IMG/VR virus record: IMGVR_UViG_3300037448_000016
Coordinates: 1 to 64,000 of that record
Length of the DNA stretch: 64,000 nucleotides
Source: a virus
Taxonomy: Duplodnaviria; Caudoviricetes
Reading direction: 5' to 3' (one strand)
Positions 1 to 7,926 of this stretch are shown here, piece by piece (the stretch's first letter is position 1; the number at the start of each line of letters is the position of its first letter). The notes beneath the pieces are model-generated. The model was not told the origin of the DNA. It made no database searches and was given only the letters and a program-made list of their open reading frames with translations. A program made the position numbers and the translations under genes.

Positions 1-54
1 CCGGCGCGAGACGCTCCGGCTGCTGCTGGCGGCCATTGAGCGGCTGAACAAGTA

Positions 55-351
55 ATGTCCCGCAGGTCGACGTCCCGGCCGGGCTCGTACGGCGCGACCG
101 CGAATCAGGCACTGCGGGGGACGGTCGGCAGCCGGGCGTCGTGGGGAGGGGTCAGCGGCATGGACAACGTCCCGGCGGGCCAGCGGTGGGATCAGGGTTT
201 CGGGGTCCGCCAGGACGACGACGGCGAGAAGTACGTGCCGTGGCTGAGCGAGCGGCGCGCGATCGAGCACTGCGTTCTCGCGGCCAAGGCGGGCTTCACG
301 CTGGACGTCGTTGAGCGGCCGACCGGCGTATGGGCCGTGGTGCGCCGATGA
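55..351 (+). CDS. hypothetical protein
   Basis: TAATG overlap with the upstream partial ORF (ends at 55) and ATGA overlap with the next gene. Confidence 0.55.
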   Translation: MSRRSTSRPGSYGATANQALRGTVGSRASWGGVSGMDNVPAGQRWDQGFGVRQDDDGEKYVPWLSERRAIEHCVLAAKAGFTLDVVERPTGVWAVVRR

Positions 352-527
352 CGTGGCTGTGGATCGCCCTGGTCTGCTGGTCCACCGTCGCGGTGGCCAT
401 GGCCTGGGCCTCGCTCGAAGAATGGGAGTCGGGGCGCCGGGCTCCGGCCGTCGTGGGGCTGGCGTACAGCCTGGGGGCGTCCGGCCTGGTCGTGCTGATT
501 CTCAGAATGCTGTGGTCGAGGAGTTGA
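348..527 (+). CDS. small two-TM membrane protein
   Basis: ATGA coupling; MTWLWIALVCW... with two hydrophobic segments. Confidence 0.65.
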   Translation: MTWLWIALVCWSTVAVAMAWASLEEWESGRRAPAVVGLAYSLGASGLVVLILRMLWSRS

Positions 528-553
528 CAACTCGTTGACCACTCCTGTAGGCT
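524..553 (+). promoter_or_regulatory. sigma70/HrdB-type promoter TTGACA-N18-TAGGCT, probably leaderless into ATG 561
   Basis: Direct reading; second TGACC lies 11 bp after the first TGAC. Confidence 0.8.
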
Positions 554-560
554 CCTGGAT

Positions 561-1292
561 ATGACGACGACGAAGAACACCCCGAGCACCCGGCTCCTGG
601 CCTTCCAGCAGCCGATCGCGCAGATCGCGGCAGTAGCCATCGTCGCCGCCGCGATCGTCCTCACCTTCAGCGGCACCGTGGAGTTCTGCGAGCGTCACGG
701 TGCCGCTGGCTGGCGAGGTGTCTCCACGGCGGCCATCACCGACGTCACCGTGCTGATCGGGATCCTCTGGCCCCGGCGCCCGCTTCAGGGCCTCGCCGCG
801 CTGGCCGCCATCTTCACCATGCTGGCCAACCTGGGCCACGCCTCCCCCGGCCTGTCCGGCGTCGCGGTGGCGCTGATCCCGCCGGTCGGCGCGATCCTGA
901 TGGTCGGCGCGCTGGAATACGTGATCAAGCACCCGCTCGACGTGCCGGACACGAACGTCGAGATCACCACCACCGTGATCTTCGACGAAGGCGCGCAGCA
1001 GGAGGCCGAGCGGCTGCGCCTCCTGGTCGAGCAGATGCGGGCCGAGATCGATGCCCTCCAGGTGCAGCCCGAGCAGCCCGAGGTCGAGGCATCCCGCCCG
1101 AAGGCCATCAGCCCTCGCCGTGGAGGGCAGGACCCGCTGCGGGACGTGTGGGACGCGAACGGCCGGACCTGGGACCTGGCCCGGGTCCAGAAAGAACTGA
1201 CCGCCGCAGGCCGTAACGGCGAACTGCGCCCGGCGCGCGAGGTGCTGCGCCGGTGGAACAAGTGGGCCGAGGCCCAGAACGGAGCGAAGTGA
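561..1292 (+). CDS. multi-TM protein with coiled-coil/basic C-terminus, DUF2637/Spd-like
   Basis: Four hydrophobic helices followed by a charged helical tail; architecture typical of actinomycete mobile-element membrane proteins. Confidence 0.6.
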   Translation: MTTTKNTPSTRLLAFQQPIAQIAAVAIVAAAIVLTFSGTVEFCERHGAAGWRGVSTAAITDVTVLIGILWPRRPLQGLAALAAIFTMLANLGHASPGLSGVAVALIPPVGAILMVGALEYVIKHPLDVPDTNVEITTTVIFDEGAQQEAERLRLLVEQMRAEIDALQVQPEQPEVEASRPKAISPRRGGQDPLRDVWDANGRTWDLARVQKELTAAGRNGELRPAREVLRRWNKWAEAQNGAK

Positions 1293-1426
1293 TGGCGACG
1301 ACTCAGGAGCAGGTCAATCGCGCGGTGCGCGAACTGGACCACGCGCTCTACCTGCTCGGATCGGAGGTCTCCCCCGTGGTCGATTCGGTCCGCAAGGCAC
1401 AGGAGATTCTGCGCGAAGGCCGGTAA
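1292..1426 (+). CDS. small hypothetical protein (44 aa)
   Basis: TGATG coupling; MATTQEQVNRAVRELD... Confidence 0.6.
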   Translation: MATTQEQVNRAVRELDHALYLLGSEVSPVVDSVRKAQEILREGR

Positions 1427-1457
1427 CGATCCACCTTCTCAACGGGCTGTCAGCGAC

Positions 1458-1487
1458 TTGACAGCCCGTTGACCATTTCGGTAACAT
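1458..1487 (+). promoter_or_regulatory. promoter TTGACA-N18-TAACAT
   Basis: Same motif with 11-bp-spaced TGAC repeat; followed by (GAC)n leader and GGAGG RBS. Confidence 0.75.
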
Positions 1488-1515
1488 TCCTGTTAACGAC
1501 GACGACGGAGGAATC

Positions 1516-2037
1516 ATGAACCTGACCAGAAGGCTGGCGCTCGGCGCCGGGGCCGCAGCGCTGGTGCTCACCGGCTGCTCGGTGCAGTCGGCGCCCCCGC
1601 AGTACGAGCAGGTCTGCCTCACCCCGCAGACGCTGGTGGTGTACGCGCTGACCGGCTCGTGCCCCTGGACCCCCTACTACGTGCCGTACGGCTACTTCTA
1701 CGCCCACCCGGCCTACTTCTCGCCGGGGCACACCACCAACATCACGTACATCAACGCCAGCCACGCCACCACGACCCGGCCGCGTACCGCGACGATCTAC
1801 TCCGGCACCGGCCGCAGCCAGACCGCGACGTCGGTGTCCGGCGGCAAAGTCTCCGGTACGAAGACAGTGAAGGCCGGTTCCAGCGGACTGATCAAGCCGG
1901 GCAAGACCTACAAGGCCGCGACCGGCTCCACGGCGGGCGTACCCAAGAAAACAGGCGGCCTGTTCGGCTCCTCCAGCAGCCGGAAGTCCTCCTTCGGCTC
2001 CGGCACCCGCTCGGTCTACAGCGGACGGCGCAAGTAA
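1516..2037 (+). CDS. putative lipoprotein with low-complexity K/S/G/T tail
   Basis: Signal peptide with lipobox LTGC; strong RBS GGAGG. Confidence 0.75.
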   Translation: MNLTRRLALGAGAAALVLTGCSVQSAPPQYEQVCLTPQTLVVYALTGSCPWTPYYVPYGYFYAHPAYFSPGHTTNITYINASHATTTRPRTATIYSGTGRSQTATSVSGGKVSGTKTVKAGSSGLIKPGKTYKAATGSTAGVPKKTGGLFGSSSSRKSSFGSGTRSVYSGRRK

Positions 2038-2267
2038 TGGGCTGGGGGACGCCGGACAGCGTCATCGTCCAGAGCGGCACCGTCCGGCGCTTGCTGGTCT
2101 CTTTCGAGATCGACAGGGGCAACGGCGACGTCCGGCGCGGCCGGGCCGAGGTCGAGTGGACCGGCCCGGTCGGCGGCATGGACGACATCGTCACCATGGA
2201 GGCTCTGATCGGTGAAGGCGAAGGTGGCAGCGTGGCCATCACCGGCTGGCAGCAGTTCGAGGACTAG
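2037..2267 (+). CDS. hypothetical protein
   Basis: TAATG coupling; MGWGTPDSVIV... Confidence 0.6.
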   Translation: MGWGTPDSVIVQSGTVRRLLVSFEIDRGNGDVRRGRAEVEWTGPVGGMDDIVTMEALIGEGEGGSVAITGWQQFED

Positions 2268-2286
2268 AGTTCGAGAATCTCGACCG

Positions 2287-2310
2287 GACCCCCGCCTCTG
2301 TGCGGGGGTT
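2287..2310 (+). terminator. intrinsic terminator-like hairpin
   Basis: ACCCCCGC/GCGGGGGT stem followed by TTCGTCGTT. Confidence 0.55.
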
Positions 2311-2327
2311 TCGTCGTTGTAGACATG

Positions 2328-2357
2328 TTGACAACTAGTTGACCACGAGAGTAGGAT
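2328..2357 (+). promoter_or_regulatory. promoter TTGACA-N18-TAGGAT
   Basis: Direct reading; 11-bp-spaced TGAC repeat. Confidence 0.8.
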
Positions 2358-2359
2358 TC

Positions 2360-2542
2360 ATGGTGACGGACGACGAGATAGACCGCCTGAGGGAGGCATT
2401 CATGCAGGAAATGTCCGAGACTCACTGCGGGAACACCTGGTACGGCCCGAACGCGAAGGTGGCGCTGGCCGACCACATGGCAATGAACCATCTGCGCGGT
2501 CACGACGAGACACCGCCGCCGAAAATACCGGAGCGTAAGTGA
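2360..2542 (+). CDS. small hypothetical protein
   Basis: Directly after the promoter; GTGA overlap with the next gene. Confidence 0.6.
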   Translation: MVTDDEIDRLREAFMQEMSETHCGNTWYGPNAKVALADHMAMNHLRGHDETPPPKIPERK

Positions 2543-4161
2543 GCCTGACCAAGTTGGAGCCCGAGCAGCGGGCGGTGGTGATCGACCGCGCTCGTGATGG
2601 GCGTGGCCGGATCCACTGCGCCGCCTGCCGTCGGGTGGTCCACAAGGGCGGGTTCGAGATCGACCACATCGTGCCCGAGATCGAGTCCACCCCTGAAATG
2701 CGCTCCGACCTGCGCAACCTCCAGATTCTCTGCAAATTGAAGGACGGTAATGGCTGCCACGCCCGCAAGACACGCAAGGAGGCCAAGCGCTACGCGCGCC
2801 TCAACCGGCCGTCACGTAACTGGGCCCTCATCCGCTGGAGCGCCTTCGGTGCGCTGGCCACGGGTGCGTACGGCGTTCAGGGGCTGGGCGAACTGCCTGA
2901 ATACGTCACCGGCGAGCGGATCGCCTACGGCCTGGGCGGAGTTCTGGCAGGCTACTTCTGCACCAAAATAGTCCAGAATGCTTTCGGGACCGCGCGCCCC
3001 CTGGAAAACAATCGGCCCGCCCCGGTTCCAGAACCTGAGATCGTCCCGGTCGAGCGGATCGAGGCCAGCGTCCGCGAACTGGTCGGCGCGAAAGGGTCCG
3101 TCAAGGTCATCGACGTCACCGACCGGCCCCGGGCTTTCACGCTCACCTACGCCGGGACCGGCTTCCCGGCGCGCGACACCGACAAGCGGCTCGACCTGGT
3201 GCTTCAGGTCAGCACGGCGATCGGCGGCCGGTGGGAAGCCGACTGGGACACCACCAGGGACCGTGTGCGCCTCACAGAGCGCCCCGTTCAGCCTCCCCTG
3301 ATCCACCACCCCGGGCTGGCTCCCGAGCGCCCCTGGTACCTGCTGCCGGTCGCTCCGGGGGTGTCTTTCAACCTGCTGGACACCAGCCACATCCTGATCG
3401 CGGGCGAGACGAACTCCGGCAAGACCGCGATGCTGCGCTCGATCATCGTGGCCGCGCTCGACTCGGCCCGCCGCGACGACAGCGTGCGGGTGATCCTGGT
3501 CGACCCCAAGCAGATCGAATTCCTCGGCTTCCGGGGCTGGGCGGGAGTCCACCGGATCGTGCGCAAGCCAGCCGACCTGTGGGACATCGCCTTCGCCGTG
3601 GAGAAGGAGATGAAGCGCCGGTTCGATGCGCTGGCCGACGACCAGGTGCCGCTGTCGAGCCACCCCAAATGGATCGTGATCTTCGACGAGTTCGAACAGT
3701 ACAAGATCCAGGTGGAGCGGTACTGGCTGACCGAGCAGGGCGACGACGGCAAGCCGCTGAAGAAGACCGGCCAGCGGATGTGCCCCCCACTGGTCGCCAT
3801 CGCCTCGGTGCTGGCCATGGCCCGCCGCGCCGGGATCCATCTGGTGATCAGCACGCAGAGCCCCGACGCGGACGTGTTCGGCAAGTCCGCGATCCGCCAG
3901 AACATGCCCGGCCGCGCCACGGTCGGCGCCATCGACGAGTTCCGCGCCCGGATGATGTTCAACGACTCCTCGGTGGGGCGTGACGTGCCGAGCAAGTCGA
4001 AAGGGCTGGCCACCTTCCAGATCGGGGACGGAAAGCCCACCGAAAGCCAGACGTTTTGGTTGAGCGACCCCGCCGATGCCGATCCGAACTACACCAACAC
4101 CCAGGAAGACTGGGCCAACCTGGTCCGCCTAGGAATGCCGAAAGAGTTGATGCCCGTATGA
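2539..4161 (+). CDS. HNH-domain / transmembrane / FtsK-SpoIIIE-family ATPase fusion
   Basis: N-terminal CAAC...EIDHIVP...NLQILC...CHARK (HNH); two TM helices; Walker A GETNSGKT, ILVDPKQIEF, Walker B VIFDE, ARRAGIHLVISTQ (FtsK). Confidence 0.85.
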   Translation: MSLTKLEPEQRAVVIDRARDGRGRIHCAACRRVVHKGGFEIDHIVPEIESTPEMRSDLRNLQILCKLKDGNGCHARKTRKEAKRYARLNRPSRNWALIRWSAFGALATGAYGVQGLGELPEYVTGERIAYGLGGVLAGYFCTKIVQNAFGTARPLENNRPAPVPEPEIVPVERIEASVRELVGAKGSVKVIDVTDRPRAFTLTYAGTGFPARDTDKRLDLVLQVSTAIGGRWEADWDTTRDRVRLTERPVQPPLIHHPGLAPERPWYLLPVAPGVSFNLLDTSHILIAGETNSGKTAMLRSIIVAALDSARRDDSVRVILVDPKQIEFLGFRGWAGVHRIVRKPADLWDIAFAVEKEMKRRFDALADDQVPLSSHPKWIVIFDEFEQYKIQVERYWLTEQGDDGKPLKKTGQRMCPPLVAIASVLAMARRAGIHLVISTQSPDADVFGKSAIRQNMPGRATVGAIDEFRARMMFNDSSVGRDVPSKSKGLATFQIGDGKPTESQTFWLSDPADADPNYTNTQEDWANLVRLGMPKELMPV

Positions 4162-4442
4162 GAAGGCACCATTTTGTTCCGAAACCGCTCGATGCCTGGT
4201 CCTGCGCCGAAGACGGGTGCGATTACAGCCCGGAGTATTTCGTCCACAAGCCGCCGAGTGAGGGGTTCCTGTTGCGGATGCAGCGCTCGACCCGGAGGGC
4301 GATGAAACTGGACGACGATCTTGAAGTGCTGCCTGGACTCACCGACCAGCAGCGCTATGCCGTCAGCGTCACCGTCCGCGACCTGGCCCAGAAGTTCCAC
4401 ACCGAGTACCTGAAAGCCAAGAAGACCCGGGAGGAATGGTGA
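4158..4442 (+). CDS. hypothetical protein
   Basis: ATGA coupling; MRRHHFVP... Confidence 0.6.
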   Translation: MRRHHFVPKPLDAWSCAEDGCDYSPEYFVHKPPSEGFLLRMQRSTRRAMKLDDDLEVLPGLTDQQRYAVSVTVRDLAQKFHTEYLKAKKTREEW

Positions 4443-4606
4443 CCTACAGCCACGCCGAAGTGATTGCCAACATCGAGAAAGCGATCAAGGAAGGCCGCGC
4501 CGCTCAGGCCGCAGGCCAGCAGGCCAGCGAGAACCCCTATCCCCCAGCGAGCCGGTACGGCTCCTGGTGGAACGAAGGCTGGTACCGCGAGCAGGAGGGG
4601 AAATGA
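4439..4606 (+). CDS. ribosome modulation factor (Rmf)-like microprotein, 55 aa
   Basis: GTGA coupling; A..EG..A..AG...NPY......WWNEGW resembles the Rmf CPY...W..GW motif. Confidence 0.6.
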   Translation: MTYSHAEVIANIEKAIKEGRAAQAAGQQASENPYPPASRYGSWWNEGWYREQEGK

Positions 4607-4953
4607 GCGACCGGCTGACCGAATGGTCTGATGTGAAGCGGGAATTCGACCGCTACGAGTTCACCTGGCCACAGTTCAAGATCGAACTGGTACGGCCGTT
4701 CGCGACTGATTGGGGCCCCGCCGGTGAACTGGCCTCGATCCGGCTCAGCATGTGGGTGCGCGACACCTACAACCCCGAGCGTGTGGCGGAGGTCGTCACC
4801 TACCGGACGGTCCCGTTCGCCCTGCCCACCGAGATGTTCGGACGCTGGTTGCTGGCTGGCATCCGCGAAGTCATCGACCACGAGATCCGCGAAAACTTCA
4901 AGCAGGACGGCGTTGTCATCTTCGACCCCCACAAGGAAGGAACCCGCTCATGA
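4603..4953 (+). CDS. hypothetical protein
   Basis: ATGA coupling; MSDRLTEW... Confidence 0.7.
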   Translation: MSDRLTEWSDVKREFDRYEFTWPQFKIELVRPFATDWGPAGELASIRLSMWVRDTYNPERVAEVVTYRTVPFALPTEMFGRWLLAGIREVIDHEIRENFKQDGVVIFDPHKEGTRS

Positions 4954-5147
4954 GAAAAGGAACGAGAGTTCGGCTGGTCGGAAAAGCCTGGCGGGAGGAA
5001 TGGCGCGGCCTGACCGGCACCGTCACCGACGACGATTACGTCGGGGTGTTCGAGGTCACCGTGGACGAACCGCCGATGTCGGCGCTGTTCAACCGTCCGG
5101 CTGGTCCCGTCATGGCCGATGCCAGCGAAGTGGAGGTGATCGCGTGA
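4950..5147 (+). CDS. small SH3/KOW-like beta protein (paralog 1)
   Basis: RKGTRVRLVG..W.GL.GTV pattern. Confidence 0.65.
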   Translation: MRKGTRVRLVGKAWREEWRGLTGTVTDDDYVGVFEVTVDEPPMSALFNRPAGPVMADASEVEVIA

Positions 5148-5338
5148 TCCGGAAAGGTGTAAGGGTCCGTCTGGTCGGCGACGTCTGGCTTCCCGAATGG
5201 AGTGGCCTGCCCGGCACGGTGATCAGCGACCGCTTCAACGGCTATTTCACGGTACAGGTCGACAACCCGCCCGCCAGCGCAATTTTCGGCGGCGAGGTCA
5301 TCGTCCACCAGGACGACCAGGTCGAGGAGATCGCGTGA
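5144..5338 (+). CDS. small SH3/KOW-like beta protein (paralog 2)
   Basis: RKGVRVRLVG..W.GL.GTV, similar to the upstream gene; perfect GGAGGTGATC RBS. Confidence 0.7.
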   Translation: MIRKGVRVRLVGDVWLPEWSGLPGTVISDRFNGYFTVQVDNPPASAIFGGEVIVHQDDQVEEIA

Positions 5339-5784
5339 TCATCATCCCGGACGCCGCCGAAGCGCGGCTGACCTGCGACCACCAGGCGATGACCGTCCAC
5401 GTCAAGGACGTCAACACCGAAACGGTGTCGGACGGCTTCCACACGTTCGGAGAACTGTACGACCAGCGGGCGCACCTGCTCGCGCTGGCGACCGCCCTCA
5501 GCCAGATGACCACGTACCGGTCCAGGCGACACGATGACGGCACGATGTTCGGCGGAATGTTCTGGGTCGGCACCGAGTCACCCGGTCGCGACGACGGGCC
5601 CCGGCCGGTCACCTTCCACATCGGTCAGAAGCACTGGGCCCTGTTCGATCACGCCGTCACCCTGGACAAGGCCCCGCCGTTCGACGGCCACACCCCGGCC
5701 GACGTCATGCACTCCATCGACGAGTGGATCGCGTGGCTGGCCACCTGGAACATGACCCGCCGGGACGGGAAGGAGATCCAGTGA
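5335..5784 (+). CDS. conserved phage protein (SDGxHTFxELY...FDGHT motif)
   Basis: Motif recognised in translation; coupled start and stop. Confidence 0.7.
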   Translation: MIIIPDAAEARLTCDHQAMTVHVKDVNTETVSDGFHTFGELYDQRAHLLALATALSQMTTYRSRRHDDGTMFGGMFWVGTESPGRDDGPRPVTFHIGQKHWALFDHAVTLDKAPPFDGHTPADVMHSIDEWIAWLATWNMTRRDGKEIQ

Positions 5785-6302
5785 CCCTGCTGATCACGCT
5801 GGGCCTGCCCGGCTCCGGAAAGTCGACCGAGGCTCGCACGTGGCAGGCCAACGGCCGCCTCGGCGAGCCGATGCGGGTCTACCTGGACCGCGACAACCTG
5901 CGCGAAATGCTCTGGAACGAAACGGGTCTGCTCACGCAGCAGAAGGAGATGGCCGTCACCGTCGCTCAGCATTCCATGCTCCGCCAGTTCCTGGTCAACG
6001 GGTACGACGTGGTCATTGCCGACACCAACCTGCGCATCGACCGGCATCTCGTCCTGGTGGACATCGCTCACGGGCTGGGGCATTCCGTGCAGTACGCCGA
6101 CCTGCGCCACGTCCCGGTAGAGACGTGCATCGAGCGGGACGAGCAGCGCCGTAAAGGCGGCGGCCGGTACGTCGGCCCCGACGTCATCCGTGACATGGCG
6201 AAGCGTTACGGCCTGCCGGTACCGGAAGGCTACGGCATCTCACCGAGCGCCCTGATCAGCACCTTCGGAGTGTTCAACTCCACGGACGGGAAGGACTTCT
6301 GA
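5781..6302 (+). CDS. polynucleotide kinase-like P-loop kinase (AAA_33)
   Basis: GLPGSGKST, DRDNLR, VIADTN, CIERD..R motifs as in the T4 PNK kinase domain. Confidence 0.85.
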   Translation: MTLLITLGLPGSGKSTEARTWQANGRLGEPMRVYLDRDNLREMLWNETGLLTQQKEMAVTVAQHSMLRQFLVNGYDVVIADTNLRIDRHLVLVDIAHGLGHSVQYADLRHVPVETCIERDEQRRKGGGRYVGPDVIRDMAKRYGLPVPEGYGISPSALISTFGVFNSTDGKDF

Positions 6303-6469
6303 TGGATTTCAACCAGGACGACCGGGTCTGGCACCGCGCCCGGCAGATGGCCGGGACGTACATCATCAAGGACGACTACGAGACCTCGTACGTCGAGTTC
6401 GACGACGGCGACACCCTGCGGATCACCACCGCGATGTTGGAGCCGTACGCCGGGCAGGAACGGAAGTAA
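6302..6469 (+). CDS. small hypothetical protein
   Basis: TGATG coupling; MDFNQDDRVWHR... Confidence 0.65.
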   Translation: MDFNQDDRVWHRARQMAGTYIIKDDYETSYVEFDDGDTLRITTAMLEPYAGQERK

Positions 6470-6627
6470 TGGCCAAGATCACCAGCCAGCAGATCAACCA
6501 GGCGCTCTGGCCGCTGATCGAGGCGGCTGACGAGACCGGCAAGTACGCGGGCGTCGAAGGATCGATCGTTGTCGAGCGGATGACCCGCGCCGTCCAGCGG
6601 GAACTGCCCGCCGAATTCACGAACTGA
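6469..6627 (+). CDS. small hypothetical protein
   Basis: TAATG coupling; MAKITSQQIN... Confidence 0.6.
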   Translation: MAKITSQQINQALWPLIEAADETGKYAGVEGSIVVERMTRAVQRELPAEFTN

Positions 6628-6677
6628 AAGGAAGTGATCATCATGGATTACAAGCCCCCGTTCATCTGATCGCAACC

Positions 6678-6716
6678 ACGAAGGCCCCGCACCGGATTGC
6701 CGGTCGGGGCCTTCGT
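6678..6716. terminator. hairpin between convergent operons
   Basis: ACGAAGGCCCCG...CGGGGCCTTCGT inverted repeat. Confidence 0.7.
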
Positions 6717-6734
6717 GCCGTTCAGTAGCTGATC

Positions 6735-7601
6735 TCAGTATCCGTGCTCGGCCTTCCAGGCGTCAAATGCGGTGCGCATCCGGCCCGCCTTTGTGATGCG
6801 GCTGAGAATCGTCTTCTCCCAGGCGTCCCCAGCGGCCACCAGTGCCGCGTCAGCGGTCTGCGGGACGGGGGTCGGCCCCGGGGCGGGGGACGACAGCGGG
6901 ACCAGCCAGGTGACGTCGCCCTGGTCGGCCAGCGACTTCGCGAAGTCCTCGAACGAGATCCAGGCGACCCCGGTCTGCTGGTAGCCCCAGGCGCCCCAGT
7001 GGTTGCGGAACCACAGCCGCTCGGCAGCGGCCTCCACCTTGTAGAGCGACAGTTCGTGCCCGCCCCGGACCGTGCCGGTGTACGTCACCTGGCCGGTGGC
7101 CTCGTCGACGTCGTCCATGCCGGTCATCCAGTTGGTGCCCCACAGCGCCGGGCCGGTCGACAGGCCCCGCAGCGCGGCCTCGGCGGTGAACGTGTGCTGG
7201 TACCCGCTGGCCAGCCTCCGCTTCACGGCCACCTTGGCGGCCGTGAGCCCGTCGCTACCGGTGTCGTCCGGCGGGTAGGTGCCCGGGTAGGAGTCGGCCA
7301 CCGTCTCGTCGTGGTAGAACGCCAGCGGCCAGTCCTGCGTACCGGAGATGACCTGCTGCACCACCGGCAGCGGCAGGGTGGCGAGGAAAGGGTCGGACGC
7401 CAGCACCTCGTCGGCCGACTGCGCGGTGCAGGAACCGATCAGCCCCTGGTCGAGCGTCTGCATGAGGTGGCATTTCCACTCCACGGACTCCACGGCGAGG
7501 CCCGTCACGTCCTTGGCGTACAGCGCGCTACGGGCGTCGTGGTTGATGTGCCGTTTCAGTCGCGGGTCGTCGCTGTGGATGCGGATCTTCAGATCGTTCA
7601 C
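6735..7601 (-). CDS. papain-like (C1) cysteine protease
   Basis: DQGLIGSCTA (Gln, catalytic Cys), GGHEL (His), RNHWG..WG (Asn). Confidence 0.8.
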   Translation of the reverse strand: MNDLKIRIHSDDPRLKRHINHDARSALYAKDVTGLAVESVEWKCHLMQTLDQGLIGSCTAQSADEVLASDPFLATLPLPVVQQVISGTQDWPLAFYHDETVADSYPGTYPPDDTGSDGLTAAKVAVKRRLASGYQHTFTAEAALRGLSTGPALWGTNWMTGMDDVDEATGQVTYTGTVRGGHELSLYKVEAAAERLWFRNHWGAWGYQQTGVAWISFEDFAKSLADQGDVTWLVPLSSPAPGPTPVPQTADAALVAAGDAWEKTILSRITKAGRMRTAFDAWKAEHGY

Positions 7602-7662
7602 GTGCTCCTCCAGGTCCCGGGTACCCCCGGCCGCGTCGGCGGCGACCGGGGGCGCCCTGAGC

Positions 7663-7926
7663 CTACTGGAGCCCTTGCAGATACTTGAAGACTGCCGGGT
7701 GGACCACCAGCACCCGGCCGGTCACCGCCGAGATGACGATCCGGTACCGGAGCACCTCATACGGCTGATCGAACGGCGTGGCCGCCTTCACGAAGTCCAG
7801 TTGGGGGACCTGTTGCTGCGGGATGTCCATGAAGATGGCATTGCTACGGATCATGATCGACTCACCGTCACGCACCCCCGGCTCAAGGATCGTCGCGGAA
7901 ATCGTCTGGGGCTTCAGAGCGGTCAT
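7663..7926 (-). CDS. hypothetical protein
   Basis: TGATG coupling, RBS AAGGAG. Confidence 0.65.
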   Translation of the reverse strand: MTALKPQTISATILEPGVRDGESIMIRSNAIFMDIPQQQVPQLDFVKAATPFDQPYEVLRYRIVISAVTGRVLVVHPAVFKYLQGLQ

